From assembly GCA_964016885.1 (NCBI GenBank), contig OZ024761.1, positions 13,764,001-13,828,000 on the forward strand: 64,000 nucleotides of DNA. The letters are read 5' to 3'. Both the position numbers and the translations under genes were made by a program. This document shows, piece after piece, positions 1 to 11,894 of the stretch (positions within the stretch are counted from its first letter, which is position 1; each line of letters opens with the position of its first letter). The notes beneath the pieces are model-generated. The model saw only the letters and a program-made list of their open reading frames with translations. It was not told the DNA's origin and did not search any database. This DNA comes from Eledone cirrhosa (lineage: Eukaryota).

Positions 1-245
1 ATCCTGTACCACATGGAACCACATTAACAAAACACTCTTGAAAAGTACAAAACAGCATCACATTAACTCTTAACATCCTGTACCACATGGAACCACATTA
101 ACAAGACACTCTTGAAAAGTACAAAACAGCATCACAATAACTCTTAACATCCTGTACCACATGGAACCACATTAACAAGACTCTTGAAAAGTACAAAATT
201 GCACTATGACTGCATCACATCAACTCTTAACGTCCTGTACCACAT
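1..245. repeat. 74-bp tandem repeat (about 3 copies visible) in a USP5 intron
   Basis: atcctgtaccacatggaaccacattaacaa... at 1, 75 and 149. Confidence 0.9.
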
Positions 246-2063
246 GAAACCTCATTCATCATGATCCGGCAGCTACAGAATAATCAAGTCAATAATTGAC
301 CTCCACGTGGGTCTGTCGTTCATTGCCATTGCCAAGTCCTCTGGATTTCAATACCAGAATCTCTGGAGATGACATCGTGATAGGAGAGCTTGCACCCCCT
401 GTTATTAGTGACTGCTTATGGTTTCCAAAGCACTAATGGGGACATACTGGCAAGACATTCAAAGTACAAAACAGCACAATGACTGCATCACATTAAATAT
501 CAAAATCCTTAGTCAACAAATGTTCACAACGATGTGTCCACTAGTAAATATTACTATAACAAACATATAAGTAATTAATCTCTCGGACTTTTACGAAGTT
601 CTGAGGGGACTTAGCAAACTTAATATAAAGAGTGGTACCCTCATGCATGAAGAAAAACCTCATTTGCATACTGAGCGACCTTACAGCCAGCCTCGCCGAA
701 AACAAAAAGAAACAAAATTTGTTTTCGCTCTTAATAAAGTGGATACGCTAATCAGCCGATGTATATATTTGAGAATACTATGTATTCTCAGCAGTTCCAG
801 TGAGTAGCAGACACAAGAATACACAATCTTCGTAAAGAGCAAACACTCCGAAACAATTGTCGATGGCATTTTCTCAGCTATTGCTGGAACAAAAGCATTA
901 AGTTGTTTATTTCAAAAATACATATGGTGTCTATGAGGCTGTTTACTTGCAAACAAACTGAATATCATTAATAATATTATGATATCATTATTAATCACCG
1001 GTGAATTGGCAGTATCGGTAGAGGGTCGGATGCCATGCTTTGACGCATAGAGTTACGGCCCTGTTATGATCTGAGTTCAAATCCCGCCGAGATTAACTTT
1101 GCCTTTCATCCTTACGGGGTCGATAAAATAAAGTACCAGTAATACACTGGGTATTTGCTGGCTTTGTGCCAAAAGTAGAAACAATTATTACAGGGTTGAT
1201 AAAATAAAGTACCAGTAATACACTGGGTAATTGCTGGCCTTGTGCCAAAAGTAGAAACAATTATTACAGGGTCGATAAAATAAAGTAGCAGTAATACACT
1301 GGGTAATTGCTGGCCTTGCGCCAAAAGTAGAAACAATTATTAATCAGTCACGATACACACACACATATGTACACACACACATCCTACATTCAGGTAAAGA
1401 TACATACACACTCATATATATATAGATGCACACACATCTTACACTCAGGTAAAGATACATACACACACTCATATATATAATATAATATACATACACTCAT
1501 ATATATATATATATATATAATATACATATACACACACATATATATATATGTATATACACACACACACACACATATCTTACACTCAGGTAAAGATACATAC
1601 ACACACTCATATATATAATATAATATACATACACTCATATATATAATATAATATACATACACTCATATATATAATATAATATACACACACTCATATATAT
1701 AATATAATATACATACACTCAAATATATAATATAATATACACACACTCATATATATAATATAATATACATACACTCATATATGTATATAATATAATATAA
1801 TTGTTTCTACTTTAGGCACAAGGCCAGCAATTACCCAGTGCATTACTGGTACTTTATTTTATCAACCCCGTAAGGATGAGACGCAAAGTCAACCTCGGCG
1901 GGATTTGAACTCAGATCGTAAAGGGACGTAACTATGCTGGAAAGTATGGCGTAATATAATATAATATAAATATACACACATATATATATATATGTATATG
2001 TATATACACATATCTTAAATTCAAGTAACGATACGTAAACACTCATATATGTAAATATATACA

Positions 2064-2164
2064 CAGGGTGTCCCCAGAAAATGTATACACACTTCAACAG
2101 CATTCTAATAAAGATTGGTTGTACAGGTAATCAAAGTGTGTATTCATTTTTGGGGGACACCCTG
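2064..2164. mobile_element. Tc1/mariner-like MITE (CAGGGTGTCC TIRs); related copies near 3195, 10400, 27770, 38200 and 42197
   Basis: cagggtgtcccca...tgggggacaccctg embedded in (TA)/(CA) tracts. Confidence 0.7.
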
Positions 2165-2204
2165 TGTGTGTGTGTATGTGTATGTATGTATGTATGTATG
2201 TATG

Positions 2205-2272
<68 letters not shown>

Positions 2273-2282
2273 TATATATGAT

Positions 2283-2621
2283 GGAGGCACATGGCTTAGT
2301 GGTTAGAGCATTGGCCTTGCAATCGAAAGATTGTGAGTTCAATTCTCAGACCGGGTGATGTGTTGTTTCCTTGAGCAAGACACTTTATTTCACATTGCTC
2401 CAGTTTACTCAGCTGTAGAAATGAGATGATAGGGACTGGGGTCCCTATCATTCCACTGCAAAGTGGTCGTGGAGGTGCCACGGCAAAAAAGCACCCAGCA
2501 CTCACTGTAAATGAGGTTGGTGTTAGGAGGGGCATCCAGCTGTAGAAATCAAGCCAGCATCAGTTCCCGTCCCACCCTTGCAAGCAGGGAAAAGCGGACG
2601 GATGATGATGATGATGATGAT
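2283..2621 (+). mobile_element. tRNA-derived SINE with (GAT)n tail; many partial copies (e.g. 14830, 15880, 16280, 22520, 29350, 47770, 48590, 63760)
   Basis: Box A TGGCTTAGTGG, box B GAGTTCAATTC, (GAT)n tail. Confidence 0.8.
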
Positions 2622-3006
2622 ACACACACACCTTGCAACATTTGTATGTTAATTTTCCTTATATTTTAATATATTTATTGAAAGTGAAACACACAATACA
2701 CACAATGTTGACCAAACTTTAATATAATTGTTTCTACTTTTGGCACAAGGCCAGCAATTATCCCAGCGTATTACTGGTACTTTATTTGATCGACCCCCGT
2801 AAGGATGAAAGGCGAAGTTAACCTCGGCGAGATTTGAACTCAGATCATGACAGGGCCGTAACTCTATGCTGCAAAGCATGTCGTCCGACTCTCTACCGGT
2901 ACTGCCAATCCACCAAACTTTAATATAATAAAAACAAAATGGATATTTTGAGTAAACGAAAGAGAAAAATGTGTTTAGTGTGGGGGGAGTTTATCTCAGC
3001 ACTTAC

Positions 3007-3105
3007 CGGGGTGTCAAATGAGTAAGCACACTCATCTTTATAAACTTTATCTCCAGCAGACGGGATTTTGATCTGTTTCAAATGCGCGTTCAGTGTCCCG
3101 TCCAT
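3007..3105 (-). CDS. USP5: Ubiquitin carboxyl-terminal hydrolase 5/13 (isopeptidase T), first coding exon; the rest of the gene lies left of the window
   Basis: MDGTLNAHLKQIKIPSAGDKVYKDECAYSFDTP matches the USP5/13 N-terminus (IxxPxxGDxVyKdECaySFDtP). Donor GTAAGT at 3006-3001 (phase 0); acceptor TTGCAG ends at 3119. Confidence 0.88.
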
Positions 3106-3133
3106 GTTTTCACAATACCTGCAACAGATACAT

Positions 3134-3186
<53 letters not shown>

Positions 3187-3295
3187 TATATATACAGGGT
3201 GTTAACAAAAAAATGTATTCACACTTCAATGGCATTCTTATAAATATTGCCTGTACAGGTAATCAAAGTGTGTATACATTTTTGTAGACACCATG

Positions 3296-3334
<39 letters not shown>

Positions 3335-3667
3335 CAGGCCCGGGTTTAATCGGGGGTTAACTCAATAGTAGATTGTAAACAACAAACAGATTTAATATAG
3401 AAATGGCTTCTACGGGACTAGAACTGTTTAACTCGAAGGAAATCATCGGGAAAGGCTTTCCCGGTGATTTCCTTCGAATGAAACAGTTCTAGTCTTATAG
3501 AAGCCATATTTATCACATTTGTTTATATATATATATATAAGAGAGTATTGAAGTTTGCTTGAAGCATTGTGGAATATATATATATATTAGAGAGTTAAAT
3601 AAGATTCAATGAGTACATCAAAGAATGAGTTTTACAGTAGATCTCAGGGTATGTCATGTATCATTAT

Positions 3668-3720
3668 ATTTTGTCTGATGAGGACGTACTGTTGTACCTC
3701 TGAAATATGTATAATAAAAT
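3668..3720 (+). ncRNA. Minimal type I hammerhead ribozyme motif (Penelope-type)
   Basis: attttgt-CTGATGA-ggacgtac tgtt gtacctct-GAAA-tatgta-TA-ataaaat. Stems I and II pair; loop 3 is quasi-palindromic. Confidence 0.65.
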
Positions 3721-3776
3721 TTAAATGATCAAAAGAACATCTATTTTATTAATATTTGTACTGTAATATATATATG

Positions 3777-3848
<72 letters not shown>

Positions 3849-4100
3849 TTGCTAGTAATTACTCCTTACTTAAGACGAGGGTTCATGCCATCACAGGAGA
3901 GAATACTCGACGATCAAAACTGTTTCGATGGCAAAAAAAGTTTAAGCTTGACCGCCGGGCATGCCATCCTATAATATATACATTATATATATAATCATGT
4001 GTAAAATTTACAGCTCACACCTATGTAAGTTTAGCTGGCTTCCTACGAGGTATCTCATAGGTTTATCAAGTTTTTAAATGCTAGGGGCCTCATTATATAT

Positions 4101-4161
<61 letters not shown>

Positions 4162-4378
4162 CATTTTTCTTTGAAATATATGCTCTGTATATATACAATA
4201 TATTGTTTTCTCATGAATATATCTCCCTTTCTCTCTCTCTCTATATATATATACATACATATGAATATATCTTTTTTACTTGAATTATATATATATTCAT
4301 ATATAATGTATGGATAAGCTTCAGGTGTTTGTACCTTTGGTGTATGTATACATACATATGTGGTGTATGTATAAATAA

Positions 4379-4413
<35 letters not shown>

Positions 4414-4658
4414 GTGGATGTATAAATATGTGTATATATATTATTATATTTTCTAATATAAATTTAGATCCTTTTCCTACCTTTTCTCCGCTGTTGTATA
4501 TTCCAGTATCCAATTAATATATATATATATTAAATATTATATATATATATATATGTATATATATGTCCGATGTGTTATTATTTATAATATATATATCTTC
4601 TCTTTTTTTTTTCTTCTAGTTCGTTCTTGGTGTCGTTATTAATTCTTTCACAGTGTAC

Positions 4659-4870
4659 CTGTGTATCTGTTCCCTATGTCTGTTTCTTCTCTATCGACCC
4701 CTTCTAGTCTATTCCAACCCACAAACAGAGGAAATTCTCTGCTAAAAAGCTGTCCTTACAAACTCTAAAACAAATCTTCCTCTTATCTTACTCAACAGTT
4801 TCGCCGTGTACCTTCTTCTCCTTCTTCTTCTTCTCAATAAACAGTGTGCCGGTTTCTGGTGACCGCTTAG
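4659..4870 (-). other. Possible 5' non-coding exon of USP5
   Basis: Unique sequence ending in CAG|GTACAC at 4659. The coding exon has a splice acceptor just 13 nt upstream of its ATG, so an upstream exon is expected; this location is a guess. Confidence 0.3.
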
Positions 4871-5679
4871 CTCCTCCACAAACATATCATGAGCTTCTTT
4901 CAAAAATTAAAAAAAAAATGTTTAAACGACATCCATTAAACCTTAAACTAAACATAGTCAAATCCCCGCTCTTGTTGTTATAATATCAGTATAAACAGTA
5001 ATAACATTGATAAAACAAACATTTATTTAATATATTTTCAAGGAAAAAAAAATAAACTGATTTATTTCTTTTTAAATATATATTCATATCACAAATAAAA
5101 AAAGAAACGAAATAATTTATCGTTTCTAAATAATTTATTCAGCATTTATTTTTTTCTTAATTTTATCTCTATGAACGTATTATATTAAATATTTAATAAG
5201 ATTTGTTAAGCTCCTATGTTACAGATTGAATGAGAGAGATAATAAAATAAAGAGAAAAGATAGATAAATAGTGAGAGAGAACGCTTATGAAATTGAAATA
5301 AAGCCGGAAAGGAAGAAGTAGGATGAGGAGAAACTCAATAGTGAGAAGAAGGAGGAGGAGCAGAGAATGTTTTCATCTTTTTTAATGTGAAACAACCAGA
5401 GTTGCTTCCCTTGTCAAATTTTTCTGTTAATAATTGTTTCTATTTTAGGCACAAGGCCAGCAATTTGAAGGGACTTGGTGAAAGTCGATTAAATCGACCT
5501 TAGTGAATTACTGGTACTTTATTTTATCGACCCCGTAAGGTTGAAAGGCAATACTAACCTCGGTGAGAAGAAACAGAAAAATCGCAAGGCCATTTGTCCG
5601 ACTCAATTTGAATATTGCATTTCAAATTAAATCAAAACGTTATATATAATATTTTTGTTAGATCTGAAGGAAGAAGCAG

Positions 5680-6830
5680 TGCTCATGGCCTTCATAGGTC
5701 CTCCGAGACTGGAAAGAGCGACGCTGTTGACATTCCCTTACAAGTCCGCTCCTTCGGAGGATGGGGGGTTCCAGAGGTCCGACGTCTTGAATTAGGAAGG
5801 ACTGTATCGGTCGTTCTCCGACAGGTTTGCAGTCGAGCTCCTAACAGTGGAGACTTCTGGTGTCCTTGGCCCTAGGGCTACCTCCTTACTCACCACCATA
5901 GACAATGAGTTGGCTAGCCGCATGTGTGAGCCTCGCGAGATAGAATGGCTCTTCCAGCGCATCTCCCTTACCATCCTCCGGGGAAACGCCTTCTCTACTC
6001 TGTCTGCCGGGGCTGTGGGGCGACCAGCGCGTGGTACCCCATTTGCTCATAATAGTGAAAGACGAGTAGGGCGAGAGAGACGGGGGCGATAATGGTGGGA
6101 GTTCGGCTCTTGTGTTTGGACCTAGTGTACGTGTGTGTGTTTACTTCTATTCATTCGATCACAGTTGCTGTGCAGATATAGAGATAAGTGAATTTAGACA
6201 CTTTGTTTCACGTTTCTATAGTTCACCCAGCTCACAAAAATGAGGTGTAGCTGTAATTCATGAGTGAGCCAGCCTTTTCACACACTACCACGCTGAATAA
6301 TCAAAACCATCTTGACAATTACGTAACGGTTACATGTGTCTGTGGAACGCTAAAAAGCGTGCAAGCTGTTCCGTGGATAAAACAACTAGAAGCCCTCATC
6401 TGGGATGACACATGCAGCGACACCTTTCTCCAACCTGGTGAAGTCTGCGACTAACCCAGGCTCTGCTGCATTTCGGGTCGAGGAGGTTAAACTCTCCAAA
6501 TATCGGTCGGTCACTCCAACAGGTTTGCGATCGAGCCCGTACCAGTGGAGACTTGTGGTGTCCTTGGCCCTAGAACCTTCTCCCTACTCAAAGCCATCGG
6601 CACAGGGTTGGCTACTCACTAGAACACTTGGGGATTTCCTGAGGCTCGGCCTCCAGATCTGCGAGTCACACAAATGTCGCTGCGGATCCAACTTACACTC
6701 TTTCGGCCTCCTGTCGCTACAGTTCCAACCGCCTTCCTCGCCATGCTACTGCCAACGAAGTCATAAAGCATGGCTTGGATACTTTAGGCTTCCCCTCCGA
6801 GCTGGACCGAGGAAACAGGAAAAAGGCCAG
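5680..6830 (+). mobile_element. Rearranged fragments of a CRE-type non-LTR retrotransposon (restriction-like endonuclease domain)
   Basis: VETSGVLGPRA...WLFQRISLTILRGNA; LIWDDTCSDTF; KCRCG (zinc knuckle); RPDNLT. Confidence 0.75.
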
Positions 6831-8177
6831 ACAACTTGACCATTTACCCGTTCCACGGTGGTTTACCTACCTAGAACACTTGTCGTTAGTCTATAAACTA
6901 ATTACCTTCTTTCTTAACGATACAAATATTAGTAAAAAAATCTGTCAACCAAGACAACTTGACCATTTACCCGTTCCGCGGTGGTTTACCTACCTAGAAC
7001 ACTTGTCGTTAGTCTATAAACTAATTACCTTCTTTCTTAACGATACAAATATTAGTAAAAAAATCTGTCAACCAAGACAACTTGACCATTTACCCGTTCC
7101 GCGGTGGTTTACCTACCTAGAACACTTGTCGTTAGTCTATAAACTAATTACCTTCTTTCTTAACGATACAAATATTAGTAAAAAAATCTGTCCACCAAGA
7201 CAACTTGACCATTTACTCGTTCCGCGGTGGTTTACCTACCTAGAACACTTGTCGTTAGTCTATAAACTAATTAACTTCTTTCTTAACGATACAAATATTA
7301 GTAAAAATCTGTCAACCAAGACAACTTGACCATTTACCCGTTCCGCGGTGGTTTACCTACCTAGAACACTTGTCGTTAGTCTATAAACTAATTACCTTCT
7401 TTCTTAACGATACAAATATTAGTAAAAAAATCTGTCCACCAAGACAACTTGACCATTTACTCGTTCCGCGGTGGTTTACCTACCTAGAACACTTGTCGTT
7501 AGTCTATAAACTAATTACCTTCTTTCTTAACGATACAAATATTAGTAAAAAAATCTGTCCACCAAGACAACTTGACCATTTATCCGTTCCACGATGGTTT
7601 ACCTACCTAGAACACTTGTCGTTAGTCTATAAACTAATTACCTTCTTTCTTAACGATACAAATATTAGTAAAAAAATCTGTCAACCAAGACAACTTGACC
7701 ATTTACCCGTTCCGCGGTGGTTTACCTACCTAGAACACTTGTCGTTAGTCTATAAACTAATTACCTTCTTTCTTAACGATACAAATATTAGTAAAAAAAT
7801 CTGTCCACCAAGACAACTTGACCATTTACTCGTTCCGCGGTGGTTTACCTACCTAGAACACTTGTCGTTAGTCTATAAACTAATTACCTTCTTTCTTAAC
7901 GATACAAATATTAGTAAAAAAATCTGTCAACCAAGACAACTTGACCATTTACCCGTTCCGCGGTGGTTTACCTACCTAGAACACTTGTCGTTAGTCTATA
8001 AACTAATTACCTTCTTTCTTAACGATACAAATATTAGTAAAAAAATCTGTCAACCAAGACAACTTGACCATTTACCCGTTCCGCGGTGGTTTACCTACCT
8101 AGAACACTTGTCGTTAGTCTATAAACTAATTACCTTCTTTCTTAACGATACAAATATTAGTAAAAATCTGTCCACCA
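6826..8177. repeat. 123-bp tandem repeat, 11 copies
   Basis: ccaagacaacttgaccatttacccgttcc...aaaatctgt(c/a); the 41-aa periodicity in the ORF track confirms the period. Confidence 0.97.
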
Positions 8178-8224
8178 ACCAACAACGGCGATACAAAAAA
8201 TAACGTCCAGAAATTAAAGACACT

Positions 8225-8336
8225 CGTTGATTGGTGGAGAGCGCGAATTTCAAAAGTTCATATTTATATCTGTTATTCTGATACTAACATCGTAGAAACA
8301 TTGTTTTAGTCTTGGAATACTTTACAAATCGAAACG
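8225..8336 (+). promoter_or_regulatory. Putative CDCA3 promoter and non-coding exon 1: inverted CCAAT box, CDE/E2F-like GCGCG, CHR-like TTCAAA, then donor G|GTAAAT
   Basis: ATTGG 8230-8234, GCGCG 8241-8245, TTCAAA 8249-8254, donor GT at 8337. The first coding exon has an acceptor only 6 nt before its ATG. Confidence 0.55.
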
Positions 8337-8404
8337 GTAAATATTTAGCTTTGCAATTTTTCCTTCCTCTCTCTATCTATATATATATCTATCTATCTAT
8401 CTAT

Positions 8405-8595
8405 TGGGGAAAATCGACTAATTTTTTAAATTGCATTTGTGATAATATTTTACACGTTTTTATTGTATGTAAACTCCCCCTTTGTATTTGTCACCTTTTG
8501 TGCCCCTGTGGCTAATAAAGAAACATATCTATCTATCTCTCTATATATATATATTGTCCCCTTTTCTTGTTGCGCCCTTGTGGCTAATAAAGAAA

Positions 8596-8600
<5 letters not shown>
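8405..8600 (+). mobile_element. Two 3'-end fragments of the Tx1-like LINE in (ATCT)n/(AT)n
   Basis: Terminus ...ccctgtggctaataaagaaacatatctatct and ...ccttgtggctaataaagaaatctat. Confidence 0.7.
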
Positions 8601-8632
<32 letters not shown>

Positions 8633-8750
8633 AAAGTTATATTTAAATTGTTGGGTTACAACTAGTAAATATTTATAACTGATATCCCTGAAATATATAT
8701 AATGAAATAAATATGGTTTTATAAATATAGTTTCCATTTATTTAATATTG

Positions 8751-8785
<35 letters not shown>

Positions 8786-9205
8786 ACGTATATAAATATA
8801 TGTTTGTATATATTTATATATGCACACATAACTAGTTTTATGGAATATAATATATATATATATATTATATAGGAATGACTTCTACAGGACTAGAACTGTT
8901 TCATTCGGGAGAAATCATCAGGAATTCTCCCGAATGAAACAGTTCTAGTCCTGTAGAAACCATTTCTATATTAAATATTTCTTCTCTGCTATGTATTGAG
9001 TACCTTACTTACAAGATTGAACCCGGGATAAACATACACACACACACATATATATATATGCAAAAGTTCTATTTAAATTGTTGAGATACAACAAGCAAAT
9101 ATTTTTATAACTGATATAAAGCACTCAACAAGTATTTGGAGTAAACAGTTACTACCATGACTAAATCTTAACCATCTACTATGTCAGTGTATTCATGCAT
9201 CATCT

Positions 9206-9272
9206 TATTTTATCTGATGAGGACGTACTGTTGAACTTAACTCAGTACCTCTGAAATATGTATAATAAAATA
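9206..9272 (+). ncRNA. Type I hammerhead ribozyme motif, same family, longer stem II
   Basis: tattttat-CTGATGA-ggacgtactg...cagtacctct-GAAA-tatgta-TA-ataaaata. Confidence 0.65.
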
Positions 9273-9789
9273 TACTTGATCACAAGAATATCTATTTTGT
9301 TAATATTTTGAATTATCATATAATTTTGGCACAAGGCCAGCAATTCCCAGTGCATTACTGGTACTTTATTTTATCGACCCCATAAGGATGAAAGGCAAAG
9401 TTAACCTCGGCGGGATTTGAATATAATACTTACAGAATGAAAACATAAACACAAATAATATGAACAATTAATTAATTATTGCTAGGAACCTTATAAATAT
9501 AATACGCAAATTAAGATTACTATAAATAGTTACGGCGCTTTACGTTCTGATTTCAAATCCTGCTGAGGTTAGTTTTGCCTTTCATCCTTACGCAGGGGTC
9601 GATAAAATAAAGTACCAGTAATGCACTGGGGTTGATTTAATCGACTACCCCTCCAAATACTGGCCTTGTGGCTAAATTAGAAACCACTATTATTATATAA
9701 GATACATGGCAAACTGGCGTATGTCTTGGTAGGTACTCGGAGTATACTGAAGCAAGCTGTTATTATTAATGTTTTGTTCATTAGCTATT

Positions 9790-10265
9790 ATCAGCCATTG
9801 TAGTAGCAGTTGTTTCAGAATGGCCGCCTCTATCGTATTTTCTGCCAACAGTTGTTTTAACCATCTTAAGAACGGTGGCGATTTACTCCTCTGAATAAAG
9901 CAGCTGATTAATTCGTTACTGTTGCGAGACTGATGTCCGCTTTATGAGTTCCAACCTCTATACGTCTTGTGAGGATCGGATTTAGCTGGTGCCAGTGCCC
10001 TTAGCAAGGACGACGCCAGGAAACTTTTTGGCCTGGATGAATGTGTTGGTGACAGTCCATGGAGCAAGCAGTCGTTGGCCGTTGTCGTTCAGGTTACCGA
10101 CCCCGTGTCGTCCCAGACACCCTGTCCAGGAGTCCTGGTCAGCTCCCACTCTGGTATTAAAGTCGCCAAGTAGCACCAGCTGTTCTCCATTTAGGATCGC
10201 CTGTATTTGTCTTGAGAGCTGACCATAGAACTTACCATTATCATCTTGTGTGGAATAGAGGGTGA
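9790..10265 (-). mobile_element. RTE-type LINE, apurinic endonuclease fragment
   Basis: LLGDFNTRVG...GRHGVGNLNDNGQRLL. Confidence 0.75.
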
Positions 10266-10637
10266 TTGTCGCTGACCCACGTATGTATGTATATATAGAG
10301 AGAGATAATAGGCTGAATCAGTTGGAGTGTATAACTCAACCTAACTTAAGTACTTGTATATGTCACTCTTGTAACTAATTTATATATATGTGTATACACA
10401 CAGGGTGTGGCAAAAATACCTCCCACATTTTAAGGGTTGAACATATAAAATAAGGGAGGTTTTCTGTCACACCCTGTATATATAAATAGATGCTAAACGA
10501 TGGTGATAACATATATATGTATATACACACACAGGCATGTGTGTGAGTGTCTGTATGTGTATAGTGTGAGTTTATATGTAAATAAATGATGATGATGAAT
10601 AAAATCTCCCACTTTACCTTTTATTTCACAGAGCACC

Positions 10638-10872
10638 ATGGGCAACTGGATAAGTGAAACCTTGGATCCCGAGTCTTTTGCTGCCACTCCACCAATGACT
10701 CCGACCCTTTCTCTGCATCAACGATTCTCCCTCGACCCGCGATCCCCTTCTACCCTCATCAACCGTACCCCGATTCTGGTGTGCGACAAACCAAATCCAA
10801 TTGTAGATCCCCGATCCCCGACACTTGATATCAACCGAACCCCCATATATTGTAGCTATCACAAGGAAAATG
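10638..10872 (+). CDS. CDCA3: CDCA3/Tome-1 homolog, coding exon 1
   Basis: MG start in ACCATGG. Two DPRSP(S/T)xxIxRTPI repeats, like DPRSPSAGILRTPI / DPRSPTLGIARTPM of vertebrate CDCA3. Acceptor CACAG ends 10631; donor G|GTAAGA, phase 1. Confidence 0.82.
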
Positions 10873-11374
10873 GTAAGAATGCTTTTCTTTTATAACTTTT
10901 GTATTAACATTCAGGCTGACAATCTCTAGCCCCTAACCCTAAACCCTAAGGAAAAAAAATAAAAAAGTCTTGTAGCTCATCAGGCTGATGTTTATCTTAG
11001 TTTCATTGGAGTTAAGCAAATTAGAAGACAAGACATCCCTCCTGGACAGGATGCTAGTCCCTTGCATGTCACTCCCACTCCATCACTTCCAACTTTTTAT
11101 TTAACCTTACAATTAGTTAACGAAGAATTTTTAATTATTAATTATTTCATTACTAAGATAGTAACTTAATATAAGGGTCTTTCTATAAAACTATGTTGGA
11201 AGATTTTAATTTAAATTGGAAACCTTTAAAATGGGTGACATTATTTCATAGAATCAGGGCCAGGTTGGTAATTAAAGGGTTAAATGTTTCTCATCACTTA
11301 TGTTGTGTCCTAGTTGGCCTCCTCCCTCTCTTGTATAGTTCCTCCTTCTCATCATCTATTTATCTATTCACCAG

Positions 11375-11776
11375 AGGTCACCACCTCCCAGATTCACCAA
11401 CCTGCTGCTGCCATTGTCCCATTTCTGTCAATGCCATCATTATCATCTCCAATGGTAAACAAGATTGAGCCACTCTGCTTCGAGGGAGCCAGTGAGGGTG
11501 ATGGAGATGACGATGAAGATGAGCTGTCTTATTTGTCTGTGATGTCAGAATACAACAACAACAACAACAACAGCATCAGTCTGGATGAGTCAGACATTGG
11601 AGATAGCCACTGGATGACCAACAAATTTGATGCACAGCATGGTCAGTCCAAAGACATAGAGATTAACAGCGACAGCGTGTCCAAATTGGAAAACCAAAGT
11701 GACATTGTGGTCAAGCTGGCCGAACTCGAAAACTTTGGTCACAGTGTGTCTGGTGTCCATATTCCTTTGGATAAAG
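11375..11776 (+). CDS. CDCA3: CDCA3 homolog, coding exon 2 (acidic, low complexity)
   Basis: Pyrimidine tract + CCAG acceptor; open frame EVTTSQ...PLDK; donor G|GTAGG. Phase 1-1 fits both neighbouring exons. Confidence 0.75.
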
Positions 11777-11894
11777 GTAGGGACTTTCTTTTTTCCTATC
11801 CTATCCTATCCTATCCCTGTTTCAGTTATGGTTAGAACATAGGCCGTATAAATAGGAGTGAATAAAGTGGAGAAGTCCATTAGAGAACTGTGAA

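Noticed and set aside
285-430. Next USP5 exon
   Set aside because: Does not encode the expected ESxxGLYIC motif; looks like an RTE 3' remnant.
2283-2356. tRNA gene
   Set aside because: A and B boxes continue into a SINE body with a (GAT)n tail; no clean acceptor stem or poly-T terminator.
6826-8177. CRISPR-like array
   Set aside because: Units are contiguous with no unique spacers; the DNA is eukaryotic and there are no cas genes.
6775-8203. 184-aa and 277-aa repeat-protein ORFs
   Set aside because: They arise from a 123-bp (multiple of 3) tandem repeat with frameshifting units; no splice or start context.
10930-10950. Interstitial telomeric repeat (CCCTAA)
   Set aside because: Only about three imperfect units.
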